Origin: Octopus vulgaris
Taxonomy: Eukaryota
Length of the DNA stretch: 64,000 bases
Assembly: GCA_951406725.2 (NCBI GenBank)
Contig: OX597819.1
Location: 57,784,001-57,848,000, forward strand
Direction: 5' to 3'
Part shown: piece by piece, positions 14,569-28,821 of the stretch
Layout of the letters: every line of letters starts with the position of its first letter
How positions within the stretch are numbered: the first letter of the stretch is position 1
The notes under the pieces: generated by a model
Seen by the model: only the letters and a program-made list of their open reading frames with translations
What the model was told of the DNA's origin: nothing
The model's database searches: none
Made by a program: the position numbers and the translations under genes

Positions 14569-15581
14569 AGGGAAAAGAGAAATAGATATATCTATGCATA
14601 TGTATATATGTGTGTGCATACATATATCTTTGCATATGTATATGTATGTATGCATGTGTGTATGTGCGTGTTTATGTAGATACATACATATGAAGGATCA
14701 AATACTAATTACAGGTGTGCTTGTGCATATATGTGCATAGCGTATATCGTATCTACCTTATAAACCAAGGTATGTCATGCAGCTATACATTATTATACAA
14801 GAAATCCTCCCAGAATAATATTACAAATAACACATCCTACTCATTCACATTGTTAATGATATGCCCTTTTTTCATAGCACAAAAGAAATTGTGGTTGCGT
14901 CACAGCCGTTCAGGTTAAACTTTGTATAATACAGCTCTCAAATTGTTTGTCAGTTATCTGATGAAAAAATTATCAATTAAATACGCTTGGTGAGTCTCTT
15001 TCATAGCGTCCGTCTGGGAAAACATTGTTTGAAGTAGTCAACAATAATAATTACATCAAAAATATATGTCTGTTAACTGCATGAATAAGAATTCCACCGA
15101 TCCGTCATGTTTCAAAGTTTGTTTGGTTTCTCGTATGTATGTATGTCTGTATGTATGTATGTATGTATGTATGTATGTATGTATGTATGTATGTATGTAT
15201 GTACGTATGTATGTACGTATGTATGTGTATGTGTGTGTGTTTTCCTTTCTTTTATGATTGGGTTGGTGGAGTAACTTTAAATTAATAGATCTTAGATCTC
15301 ATCGGTTCTACAGATAATCTCATTCTCGTTTTCTCTTAAACAAACACACATTAATGTTTGATTATAACCTCAAGTGATATATAAAAACATAATTTAATAT
15401 GTAATTGAAACATTACTCTGTAATTTTTAGAAAGTCAGTTGTTTATTAAATTTTACTTCGCAAATTCGAAAATTCGGGTATGCATACATACATACGTATA
15501 TTATTATTATTGTTACCATTATAATTATTATTGTTGGTGGTGGTGGTGGTGGTGGTTGTGGTATTGTTGTTATTGTTTTTG

Positions 15582-15645
<64 letters not shown>

Positions 15646-15691
15646 CATTATTATTATTGTTGTTGTTGTTGTTATTATTATTATTATTATT

Positions 15692-15860
15692 AAGGCGGTG
15701 AGCTGGCAGAATCGATAGCACGACGGACAAAATGCTTAGCGGTATTTCGCCCGTCCTTACGTTCAGAGTTGACTTTGCCTTTCATCCTTTCGGGATCGAT
15801 AAAATAAGTACCAGTTGATGACTAGGATTGATATAATCGACTCATCCCCCATCTCCCTCA
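15692..15860 (+). mobile_element. SINE family A
   Basis: aaggcggtgagctggcagaatcgatagcac head plus core. Confidence 0.8.
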
Positions 15861-15886
15861 AGCTGCTCCTGTAGCAAAAAGTTGAG

Positions 15887-16356
<470 letters not shown>

Positions 16357-16604
16357 TCACCCGCTCATAAGGTCCCTGAATAAAGGTTAAGGGTGTTGAA
16401 CAAAATACCCATGTTTCCGAATATGAATTATCCGAACCCCAAATAATTCCCCTCAACACATGGCTACGATGCTACCCACTACTTACTTCTGCTTGTGATC
16501 AGATATGCACATATCGTCGGCCACTAAGGGACATTCTCAATTGGTTAAGGTCAAACAACTGACAAGCAAATCTGTGGTATTGAGCAGAATATTGGCTGTA
16601 ACTC

Positions 16605-16659
<55 letters not shown>

Positions 16660-16836
16660 AATTTAAAGAACAAACAATTAAACAACATAGAAAACGAAAG
16701 TGAGGACGCGCACAGAAATGTTTTAATTTGACGCTTGGTGAAAGAAGAGAACTGTTAACGTTTCGAGCAAAGCTCTTCGTCCAAAGAGAAGAACAGAAAA
16801 GTCGCCGAAAATCCACGTGGGGTTACATATGTGTAC

Positions 16837-16871
<35 letters not shown>

Positions 16872-17899
16872 TTTGTGTTTGTGTGTGAGTCTGTGTGTTT
16901 GTGTGTGTGTGTACATATTGAGAAAACGAATTTGAACATGAAGGGATTTAAATCTGAAGTTTTTGTTTTTCCTTTCTTTTTTTTCTCTTTTTATTGTGAA
17001 GTGAGCCGATAAGAATACAATTTGAATTAATATTTCAAAACTGGCGAGAAATGAGAACTCCAAATAGATATTCAACCCCCAAAATGAGGAAAGATTTGTA
17101 AAATATATTTTACAGTTTAAAATTTAAATCATAATTCAAATCTGGAATTACAATTATGCATCACGTTATTGTGAAGGTATGTAATCTGCTTGTTAGCGTG
17201 TTACGCAAACAATTGCACTTGCGTTCGTGATTTCGGTTCCCGAGCCGGGTGGTGCCTTATGCGTTTGAGCAAAATAATTTTATTTCACGTTGCTTAAGAC
17301 CACTCGACTTTAGACGAGCAACCCTTCAACAGTCTGACGTCTCGTTTAGGCGAAATGCTGTGATGCAGCCCTATGTGTCCTAGAACTTGACATGGGGGAT
17401 CATAGTCTTATAATGGAACAATCTAAAAGACGAAATCCTTAAGAAATACTTGCCATAAACCATTAGAAAAATCAGATCAAGTTCTTCGGCATTGGTCATC
17501 GATCGCAAATTTAATGCTCAAAATGTCTTGAAAATATTTTACCATATTTTTTTACTAAATATTTTAACTAAATCTACTTTTTTTCCTCTCGTTTTAATCA
17601 AGATTCCTATAGAACCCAAAAGGAAAATATTTATGATTTTTATTAATATTTTTTACGCTTATTATTTATTTGTTTTTAATTCATTTCCTAATTCTTTTTT
17701 AGCCATTGATAAAACTGATTACTTCGTGATGTTGTCTTGCTTTCAAAGACAACAGTTAAAAGATGAGGAAATGACCAGCGAAATGTAAAAAGGAAATAGT
17801 GAAATAAAATATAAATAAATTAACAAAAAGCAAAGTTGAAACAAAGAGAATATTTCTTAAAGGATATGGCTGTAGTCTGAGCTAATTCTAATGGTGATC

Positions 17900-18262
17900 A
17901 CGATCATGAAGAGAGAGAGGAGAAGGAGGAGGAGGAGGAGGCTGAAGGAGACAAGATAATGAAGATCATGATAAGAAAGATAACGATATTGATGAGGATA
18001 GTGAGAATGGTTAATGATAATGAAAAGAAGAGGAGGCGGACGGGGAGGAGACGAATGAAAATAATGACGATAACGATGACGATCATGATGATGAAGCTGA
18101 TGACCATGTGATGATAACGATAATGATAATGATGACGATTATGACGATGTGGACAACGATGGGGATGATGATGGTGGTAAAGATGATGATGATAATGACG
18201 ACGACGACGACGACGACGATGATGATGATGATGATAACGATAAGGATGAGGATGATCATGAT
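17900..18262. repeat. degenerate (GAT/GAC/GAG)n
   Basis: Direct reading. Confidence 0.9.
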
Positions 18263-19699
18263 TCTGTTATGTTATCGTTTTCATTACTGGTTTTTGATTT
18301 TCATGCTTTAGAGGAATATTCCCCTCCTCGCCTGCTAAAGATGCTACTGCTGCTGCTGCTACTGTAGTTATTGTTGTTCTTGTTCTTGTCGTAGCTAATG
18401 AGGTACTGATTTAAGGTATTGTTACTGCTATTATTATTGTTAAAGTCCAATTTTTTGTTTTAAATTATTAATTTTTTTTGTCTAACTTTGTCTTTTATCT
18501 TTATATACGCCTACGTTTTGTTTAATGTTTAATGTATTTTCTTAAATTCATTTTTAACTCGTTGCTGTTTACAGAGTATTTCATTAATAATATTGACAAC
18601 ATGATGTAGAAATTCTAAGAAATATGTTCTTAGATAATTATTATGCTTTTAAATTTTTTTAAATATATTTTTAAAAAACAACACATTTGGAAAATATTAT
18701 TTCCTTCTTGTTGAAAATAACAAAGATGAGCCATATTCTAGAACTTGTATTTCCTTCCATTTCAATAGAGTCTGCTTCCAGAAAACATTAGAGACTTCAA
18801 TGGTAACAGTGATATTGCGTAACATGTAACATGTGGAATAAAACTACTTAATAAGACAGAAGAATAGCTTTGTACAGATACGAATCTTTGTGTCTATGTT
18901 TTTGAGTATTATATATAGACATATATATATTATATATAGACATATATATAGATACATACATACATACATACATACATACATACATACATAAATATATGTG
19001 TGTGTGTACCTATACATACATATAGCATTGTCATGTGTATTATATATTAATATGGCTGTGTACACAAGCACACACAAAAGTCTTTGTTATTAAAGATATT
19101 TAGAAAATACGAGTTTAATTAACTAACATGTGCGGATGGGTAATTAACAAGCGAACGTTCTGACGTCACAGTCTCAAACAATGCTCATTTATAAATGACA
19201 GTTCAAGAGCGAAAAATATCTGATATCCTCACAGAGAGAGTTCAAATTGTAACATTTACAGGCATAAGAAAACACAACTAACGACTACGTTAATAAGGAA
19301 TTCTGATAATTTTGATATTAGATATCTTAAACAAATTGTTTGTGAGAAAATAGAACCTGCTACATTCATTCTTTTCCCAATAGAACCAGAAATGTAACTG
19401 AGGTTAGACCCCAGTCAACACACTATCGAACCAGCATATTCTTCTTCATTACCATGATTACAGTTGCTTATTATGTTCAAGGTTTTGAATGATTCATGTT
19501 ATATGATATTAATCGCTAATTATGTACTCATCAAATAGAAAGGCGAGTTTTGGGTGGTTTTCGACAACATTCAGACTAAAGGTTAATTCTGTTTTAAAAA
19601 ATAAAGTTATATACTATCTACACAGAAAACAGCAGGCTGTCACATAACTATGAATGTACACATAGGTTCAAACAAACAAACAAACGCTTACGTACATAC

Positions 19700-19910
19700 A
19701 TTGGAGTAATGGCGTAAATTATCAAACCAGAAATCTCTGGATACTGTACAAGGCCGTGCAGGACGTTTACCTCGTCCTGCCCACACCTTGGGTATGTCGG
19801 GGACACTGGAATGCAGTGTCTGGACAATTTCTCTCGAACGGGTAATGCATTCCTATAGCACTGCGCGAAGTCAAGGGTTTTTTTGTAATTATCCAAATAC
19901 CCCGACCTGA
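19700..19910 (-). mobile_element. older fragment of the same L1/Tx1 family (zf-RVT region)
   Basis: DNYKKTLDFAQCYRNALPVREKLSRH..PTYPRCGQDEVNVLHGLVQYPEIS aligns by eye with DNFQRSLAWQCYREALPVRDKLYRH..PTCPRCGQSDETVLHALVQCPTIS of the 61.7 kb ORF. Confidence 0.85.
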
Positions 19911-19919
19911 CACTTTGTC

Positions 19920-19963
<44 letters not shown>

Positions 19964-19967
19964 CATA

Positions 19968-21430
19968 TTAGGTCATCCTATAAATGATGCGAATTTTTCA
20001 ATTGCATTAATTAAAAGTCGGAGGGGACAGGATACACTGCCTCCATCAACTTGCTATAATTTTTATCTTGTCCTTATTCTTAGTGCAAGTTTTGAAGAGT
20101 GCAGTTCGATTTTAACAGTTATTTTTTCAAAACTATAATGGAATCTGCTAAGGAGCATATTTGGCATATTTTGCTTTATGAGTTCAATAAAGGCAACAAG
20201 GTAAGAGAAAGTTCGAGGAATATTAATCCTTCGTGGGCCGGCAGGGTTAGAATTACACAAAAGGCCATTGGGGTCCCGAGGTAGCCCCCATTTATTTTTG
20301 CGCATTTCCGCAATATCCATAAATCCTCAGCGTTTAATGGAGGCGAATTAAACTATAATTTATTGACTATAAAAAATCTTTACTGAGAGAAATCAACATT
20401 TTTTTATAATTTTATTAATTATACATATAGCACTAAATATAAAATAGAACAAAATTATTTGGTATATCCATTCATATCAGAACAAATATGAAGAAAATAG
20501 ACTTATAGTTCATCAGAATATCTGAAAAAAGAACAGAAAAAATAATTTCACAGAAGGCCAATGGGGTCCAGTTGGCCCCCAATGACCGTATTTTATGCTA
20601 TAACATTCATATCAGTGGAAATTTTTCACTCAAAATTTGTATGTGCATACATAAATTATTGACAAGTCATGAGATATAAAATCATTTAAGCAAAATATAT
20701 AAAAGTTGTGCACTTTTTTTTTAAATTTTTTAAATTAAAAAAATTTTTTTCTAATGTTGGGGTCCCTTGGGACCCCGCCAACCTCGAAGGGTTAATGCAG
20801 TATATGGGGATCGAACATTAAGCGTAAGCCAGTGTCAACTGTGGTTTCAGAAGTTCCCAGTCGAAAACTTCAGGCGAGAAGGCGACTCTCGTCCAGGAAG
20901 ATCTGTAGAGCTATACGAAGACGTCCTGAAAACCCTTGTAGAACAAAAATCCCATAGTAACTGTTGAGGATCTAGCAGAGAAGCTTGAATTTGGTCATTC
21001 AACCATTCATCGACGCCAGCACTAGAAGAAAAACGACCTTCTTTGCTTTCAAGTCGACAGGTGTTCTTCCATCAGGATAATGCTCGACCACATACAGCGA
21101 GGATGACATTCCAAAGGCTGGAGCCGTTTGAATGAGAAACGATGCGTCACCCACCATATTCGCCGGACATTGCCCCATCTGATTATCATTTATTCCGCAC
21201 TTTTCTAAGTAATTTCGATGAATTCTGTAGACAAGTCAGAATAGTACTGGAGGAGTAGTTTTTGCCATGGACAAGTGAATTTTGGAATAGGAGCTTTGCA
21301 AGTCTACCTGATAGATGGGAGAGCATTGTAGAAAATGAAGGAGAGTATGTTTTATATTAAAAAAGAACTTTGTTGATATAAATTGTAAAAATAGTATTAA
21401 AAAATCCACATTATTTATGGGAAGGCCCGA
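19968..21430 (+). mobile_element. defective mariner (Tc1/mariner) transposon, internally deleted and interrupted
   Basis: Imperfect TIRs ttaggtcatcctataaatgatgcgaattttt / aaaaatccacattatttatgggaaggcccga with TA on both sides. Peptides KEHIWHILLYEF, AVYGDRTLSVSQCQLWFQKF, HQDNARPHTA and HPPYSPDIAPSDYHLF. Confidence 0.92.
20227..20791. mobile_element. piggyBac-like non-autonomous element (MITE) nested in the mariner
   Basis: TTAA at 20223-20226 and 20792-20795. Ends tccttcgtgggccggc / gccaacctcgaaggg. Removing it rejoins the transposase frame ...SSRNIN|AVYGDRT.... Internal ggggtcc..cccc motifs at ~20270, ~20563 and ~20759. Confidence 0.8.
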
Positions 21431-21442
21431 TATGTATGTATG

Positions 21443-21475
<33 letters not shown>

Positions 21476-21649
21476 AGTGGCTTCCCCTCGTTATCGAGTA
21501 TGGCCAATGCATGAAACTTAATAAATGTTGTTATCATGCAATGCCTATGCAAGAAGATTTTTTTAAAGTGAGGAAAGGCTGTGCACTGAGTCAATCCCAC
21601 TCACTAAGCAACAGCAGCCATAATCCGAAAAAGAAGAACAAGTCAACAT

Positions 21650-22029
21650 CATCGGTAACCATTGAGCCGCAGGTTTTATGTCGGAATTATCCCAGTTTTC
21701 TGAGTTACCTTCTCCTAGAAGGATGCTCTAGCAAAGGCTAGGAGTCCTTCACTCCCAATGGTTTAACCGCGCGATCGGGTATTCAGTCCGATTATTTCTA
21801 TGTCCCCGCGCATGATACAGCCTTAAGACATTTATTTGATGGCCGTTGACTCTGAAGAGTTCCTCCGCCCTTTTAATGGGTTTTGTTTTTCATCCCCGCA
21901 GGGTGTCCAATAAACACCCTCCTCACCAAGCAAGCTTGGTGGGGTTGCCGGTTTAGTCGCCGACGACCCGACCATTCAACAGGTTGTACTGGGTTACATG
22001 TTACCAGTAGCACTCGAAAGTAACCTGAC

Positions 22030-22031
<2 letters not shown>
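21650..22031 (-). mobile_element. GC-richer interspersed repeat, possibly an RTE-type 5' UTR
   Basis: Composition shift bounded by (TA)n, with no coding motif. Assignment is by resemblance only. Confidence 0.3.
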
Positions 22032-22103
<72 letters not shown>

Positions 22104-22866
22104 CATACATACATACATACATATACGTATATATAAATGTTATATACATACACCGGATCTAAAATATCTGTAAGTTATGAGATTCTGTTTTATTATTTTT
22201 GTTGTTTTGTTTGTTTGTTTTTTTGCCATAACTTCTTTTAAGTAGTTTTAATCCTCAAATCTAGTTATTCTTCTATTTTACACGTTTGTTACATTATACA
22301 AAGTGAGGATTGTCACAGTATAGCATATTTATACAGTAAAACCGCTTTTAGTTGCTACTTAAAGGTCTACGATCGACACAGCAAAGCATTCCACGGAACA
22401 ATTGGTAATTGTATGTAAACAAGAGCTTTCCAAAAGTAACATTGTTGTGTGGAAGAATTTATAAAGTATTTATTGAAATCCTGTTAAAATAATATGGTCA
22501 AATCTCTGAGTAGAATAGCATTAGCTTTTCACTTTTGCTTTTATAAACACTTATACAGAAATACAGATGAATAAACATGTAGGCGTCGACGTGTATTTAT
22601 TTTTAAGCGCATGCGTGTATGTGCTTAAATATGATGTCGTTCCTTTCCTTTTTGTTTTGTCGTTGCTGTGTTCAATCTCTGTATATATTGCAATCAAAGT
22701 GGGTGGGGTTGTTTGAGTGAGTAAAGAAGTATAAGGAAAAAATATATGACAAAAAGGATGCATTTACATAATGACCCGTATATTACGCAAGAAATCATAT
22801 TACAATATATATTTGAGATTAATTAAAGCCTTATATACTTATATATATATAGTTCACGCGTGCATA

Positions 22867-22946
<80 letters not shown>

Positions 22947-23084
22947 CATTTATGTGTGTGCGTATAGATGTGAGTTTTCGTTTTACTACTGATCAAGAAA
23001 GTATAAGTATTACGAGAGAACATATTGACTAACGAAGATCTTAGTACCAAGAGCAGAGTAAGTTTGTAAAACAGCTTCCTTTGA

Positions 23085-23141
23085 GAAAGACATTACTTTT
23101 CAACTCTGACTGATTAAACAGTCGGGCGACTCATCAGGTCC
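23085..23141 (-). ncRNA. degenerate hammerhead motif
   Basis: ggac-CTGATGA-gtcgcccgactg tttaat cagtcagagtt-GAAA-agtaatg-TC. Confidence 0.4.
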
Positions 23142-23517
23142 TGGATGGAAGTCAGCAATATATTTATATGGTGGGGGCGGGCTATATGTATGTATATATG
23201 AATATGTGTGTGTTTGTGTATACATATATATATATATATACTTACCTATTTGTGTGTGTGTGTGTGTATATATATATACATATATATATATATATACATA
23301 TATATATGTATGTATATATATATGTGTGTGTGTGTGTGTGTATGTATATACAACGGGCTTCTTTCCGTTTCCGTCTACCAATTTCGCTCACAAGACTTTG
23401 GTCGGCCTGAAGCTATCGAAGAAGACATTTGCTCAAGGTGCCACGCACTGGGACTTCACCCAGACACAACCATGTGATTGTGAAGCAACCTTCATACCAC
23501 AGGGCCACTCCTGCGCG

Positions 23518-23577
<60 letters not shown>

Positions 23578-23667
23578 CAGAGGCAGAGAGAGAGAGACAG
23601 ACAGAGACAGAGAGAGACAGACAGACAGTCAAATAGTTATATATACACATACACAAACAGGTATATG

Positions 23668-24491
23668 TGAGGTGGTATCAAAAGATTCCTTGACTAGTTT
23701 TATAGCGCGCCAACAGAGCGCAGCCTAAGGTTGCGTGCGCAGTGAGAGCTAGCAGTGACCTTCATGAAGCAGTGTGCCGAGTGGCATCGCTGTGATTACT
23801 TCACAAGTTATGAAATTTATGTTTTTGCGATCACGTGTATGATGATCTACGATGTTTTATCATGGATATGAAACTGGAATAAACAGCCAACGTGAATTGT
23901 TGCGTTAAACTTGGGAAATTTCCTATAGAAACATTGAGCATGCTTCGGCAATCTTACGCTGACGAGGCAATTTTTCGTACGCCATGTTTCGAGTGGCACG
24001 GGCGCTTCAAATGCAGAGGAACGTCCCTTGAAGACGATCAGCGATCTGGAAGACGTGTCACGAACGTCATCCACGGATATGTGGTATTGTACATCGAGAA
24101 TTCGTCAGGGTCAGACCGTCAAATCGAGAGTTTTATTACAAAGTTTTGAAGCGTTTGATGGAGGATATTCGGCGAAAGTGACAGGATCACTGGACTGCGA
24201 AGAATTGGATTATTTAGGACGACAATGCGAAGAATTGGATTCTTTACGACGATAATATATATACGACGGGCTTCTTTCAGTTTCCGTCTACCAAATCCAG
24301 TCACAAGGCTTTGGTCGGCCCGAGGCTATAGTAGAAGACACTTGCTCAAGGTGCCACGCTGTGGGACTGAACCCGAAACCATGTGTTTCATAAGCAAGCT
24401 ACTTACCACATAGCCACTCCTACGCCTATAGGTAAATAAGTTAATTTTTTATTGAACATAATTAGTCCGGAAACATTTTAATACCACTTCA
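23668..24491 (+). mobile_element. second defective mariner element, with a SINE half inserted at ~24262-24428
   Basis: TIRs tgaggtggtatcaaaagattccttgacta / tagtccggaaacattttaataccacttca. HTH-type peptide CVKLGK..ETLSMLRQSYADEA..CFEWHGRFK..SLEDDQRSGR. Confidence 0.85.
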
Positions 24492-24501
24492 TATATATAT
24501 G

Positions 24502-24613
24502 CGGCACATTGCTTCATGAAGGTCACTGCTAGCTCTCACTGCGCACGCAACCGTGTGCTTCCCTTTGTTGGTACGCTACAGCATTAGTCTGGGAAATTAT
24601 TGATACCACCTCT
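24502..24613 (-). mobile_element. inverted extra left end of the same mariner family
   Basis: The reverse complement matches 23668-23779 (ggttgcgtgcgcagtgagagctagcagtgaccttcatgaagca plus TIR). Confidence 0.8.
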
Positions 24614-25136
24614 TACATTAAAATTTAATTACTCGTTTTGTATTTGTCTAAACACAGGCACATAGACTAGTAATACATAGACTAATAATACATGATCAGG
24701 TGTAAATATATGCATACTTGTGAAACACGCCTCAACGTATATACAATATAAATACATATCTACATGCACACATACTTATGTATATAGATATATGTTTATG
24801 CCAAATACGTTGTACATGACGAAACAAAATAATTATAATGTGAAGTTGGAATGAATATAAATAATTCGTTTATTGCAAAATATAATTAATATATTAAAAG
24901 TTCATGAAACTGTGTAAAATCCATACATACGAACGTAGAAATACATATATGAATGTAGAAATATATGTTTGTGTATATATGAAAATATGATTTTAATATG
25001 TCCATGTACTTTTATATAATTCTATATTTTACGCTAACCTAATTTATCATTTTTACATTAAAATATATTTTATTTTTTATCACATACACACATACACACA
25101 CTCGCATATTTATACATACGTACGCATCTCTGCATT

Positions 25137-25175
<39 letters not shown>

Positions 25176-25180
25176 GTATG

Positions 25181-25259
<79 letters not shown>

Positions 25260-25839
25260 TTTACGAAAAAAACAAAAGACGAAGACAGGTGGCGTACACA
25301 ACAAACAGATGTATTAGTATATCGCTCAGGAATAGAAAAAGTCTTTTACATTTCGAGTCTATGCTCTTCTACAGAAAGAGACACAGAAAAAAAAGGAGAG
25401 AAACAAGGAGAAAAAAAAATGTGTGTAGTGGCTAACGATCTATCATGGCGATATATTCGCACCGAAAGCATAAAGTGCCCAATCTAAAATAACGCCACTA
25501 CCACCACTGACATCACCCTCACCAAATACTAAATCAAATTTGAAAAATCTACTCGTGTTGCACGGAACACTAGAGTCTGCCACTATTTCCAGCGTAACAG
25601 ATTATATCTAAGCAGAATTGTCCAGTTACCCATCTCCCGGGGACTCGTCGCAGAAATAAACCCACAACCACAAGCATTTCCAGTTTTCCAAACACAATTC
25701 TATTTTAGCCATAATGAATCTGGCAAAGGAGCTACAAAAGAACATTCCAACCATCACACAAGGCCTCCCATCACCACCACCCTATCGCACAAACTCCCAT
25801 TGCAGCCATTAACAAGCAAATCACAAAAACAGTCAAAAC

Positions 25840-27330
25840 CAGTCACCACTATCGCCTCAACATTTTTGCTCAATGCACAAGGCATCAGCCCTTCCACCAA
25901 TACCCAGAAATGGAAGATCCAATTTATTGAGAACTGGGTTAATGACCACTCACACCGTATCCCTTTTGTCGTCCTCACAGAGACCCATCTCAATAATCTC
26001 TACTTGGAAGCTGAGGTGAGAGAATTTTACAACCATCCATGAAGATCGTGCCGGCAGAAGAAAGGGTGGGACCGCCATTTTTGTGCACGTTTCTTTTTCA
26101 GCTGAAACAATGGACGTATTTACCAATGGCTACTGTGAAGCAGCTTCTGTATTTAGTAAAACCAACAATTTAATAGTAATTGGACTCTATAGGCCACCCC
26201 TAACTTTTTTCTACGCTTCAAGGGATGCCTCAACAGTATTAAGTGCTTCATCCACCAGTGTCATGCTGACTACATATTAATGATGGCGAATTTCAAGCTT
26301 CTCAGTGTTGATTGGTCCACAAACAGCTTGAAACTAGGTTTTTCCATCTCAACTCCTGATAAGAAAGTAATCGAATTGATTTTTGATTTCATAGGTGAGT
26401 TTTTCCTGACCCAACCTTTTCGTGTACCAAAAAGGTGTCACAAAAGCACATTAATCCTAGTGTTCAGTAACCACACAGACACAATCCACAGTACTGCAGT
26501 GGAAAATAACACCACTACTCTCAGACCATGACATGGTTCTCTGCGATCTGAGATTCTACTATCCAGAGATCAAATCCAGTGACATATCTCCAGTCCATCC
26601 TTTTGACACTATGGATCTTCATAACTCAGACTTGGATGCGATCAACCATGATCGTTCACAAGTTGATTGGGCCTTCGCGCATGCACACCTTCCTCCAACA
26701 TAAACACATAATGGCAGACATTATAAGATGCTGTGAAAAATATACGCGCAAAACAAACTGCATTAAATATCAGTATACAAATCTAAGTGCAGAATCCATA
26801 GAAATAGAAGAACAATTATAAGAAAAATAAAAAAAGAATTAACAAGAAAATCAACCAACTTAAATACAGCCAGCAGCAACGCACCTATTTGACTGCCATT
26901 GCATCACTCGAATAGAAAAAAACACGGCCACCAAAAAAGCATGATGACCATCATTAACAGTCAAAGAGCAGCTCAGGAGAGATGGGCAATTGAGAAAATA
27001 AAACTCAATTCCAAACTGTTCTTTTCATTTGCAAAAACAAACATTAAAACGCTGTGTCCATTGTCGGTCCACTGGTTGATGAGAGCAACACTCATGTGCG
27101 AGATACTGCAGAGACAAAACTGCTCTGTCGTCGGTAACCCTAATGCGGTTGATCTGGCTAGATCAACTTACCATATTTGTCATAACTTTTGGTGCTCCTG
27201 ATATCCTAAGAGTAATAGATAAGATGAAGCACAACTCGGCAGTTGGTCCCGATAATTTTCCGGCCACTGTTCTACTGATGTGCCGACATCAAATTGTACC
27301 CCTCCAGGTGAGCTCTGGAGAAACTCACTT
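25840..27330 (+). mobile_element. decayed LINE ORF2 (APE endonuclease to start of RT), CR1/L2-group-like
   Basis: Frameshifted APE motifs LLNAQG, VVLTETHL, GGTAIFV, IGLYRPP, MANFK..VDW and LSDHDMV, followed by KLNSKLFFSFAK and SAVGPDNFPA. Confidence 0.8.
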
Positions 27331-27423
27331 GATGCATTTATAAACTTCTCTTTATAAATGTCCTAGAAATTTCACACTGCCTTGGCGCTTTGATGTGTCT
27401 TATTTTATTCAACACACACGCAC

Positions 27424-27455
<32 letters not shown>

Positions 27456-27677
27456 GAGAGAGAGGGGAGAGAGGAGAGAGAGGGGAGAGAGGAGAGAGAG
27501 GGGAGAGAGTAGAGAGAGAAGGGAAAGAGAGTTACACTATTAGACATTGCCCATATATTAAGTACCTCTAAAATTGGAAAATGCAGACCACCAAGAAAAA
27601 ACTTACGTTTGAACCTACAGGTCGGAGTTGTACACCGTTGTACAATTAAGACAATAATACTGATTTTTATCATCATG

Positions 27678-27996
27678 GAAGGGAGAGGAGGAGGAGGAGG
27701 AGGAGGAGGAGGAGGAGGAGGAGGAGGAGGAGGGAGAGGAAGGGGAAGAAGAAGAAGAAGAGGAGGAGAAAGAAGAAGAAGAAGAAGAAGAAGAAGAAGA
27801 GGAGAAGGAGAAGAAGAGAAGAAAGAAGAGGAAGAGAAGGAGAAGAAGAAGAGGAGAAGGAGAAGAAGAGAAGAAAGAAGAGGAAGAGAAGGAGAAGAAG
27901 AGGAAGAGAAAGAGAAGAAGAGGAGAAAGAAGAAGAGGAGGGGGAGGAGAAGGAAGTGGAGGAGGCGGAGGAGGAAGGGGAAGTACAGGAGGGGGA
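27678..27996. repeat. polypurine (GGA)n/(GAA)n tract
   Basis: Direct reading. Confidence 0.97.
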
Positions 27997-28711
27997 TTTA
28001 TAAATCTTTCCGTTGGTAAAATCAACTTAGCTATAGCCTTTATTCATATGGGTGACGCTTAAGAATCGTTCATCCTCTGAACATTTTTTTATTTCTTTCT
28101 CCATCCATACAAGTGCATTATTGCACATTGACTTAGCTTTTTATGTTATTACACCTTCGGCAACTATTGTGAAGTCTATAATTCGCCGAGGAAGTAGAAC
28201 AGAACCGAAACGTATCTGAATTTCCTCACGTGCTTACCAAAAGAAACGGAAAAATATTAGGCGAATGACTAATATTAAAATGATCGTTAGCATAGCTGAT
28301 GTAATTAACCAAGGAATTTTAATTAGATAAAATTGCACATTTAACGATGAGAGCAATACTTTACTCAAGGACTAATTGTAGCCTGAAAAGGCAAGGAAAA
28401 GAACCCGGAAACTTTAGTTAATTAAAATTAATTTAATGTGAAAGACTGTGGGCTGGAATGGAGTGAATGTGACTTTTAGAAATACAGTGACATCTTGTCT
28501 TGTCTTTTATTTCCTCCATGTTCCATAAACTTTTACCATAGAGCTTTATGTAACGCTATGAACAAGAAAAATGTCGTTCACTCAAATATCTTAACATAAA
28601 TTAAAATAATTCAATTAACATTACTGTTATAATTACTGGCAGCTGCGAGTTATTCACGATGCCCCTTCTGCTTCTTTCGCTCGTGCTACTGTCAGTTTTG
28701 CATAACATTAT

Positions 28712-28787
28712 TCCTCTACTGCTCCTCCTCCTCCTCCTCCTACTACTACTACTACTACTAATACTAATACTTCTACTATTACTACTG

Positions 28788-28821
<34 letters not shown>

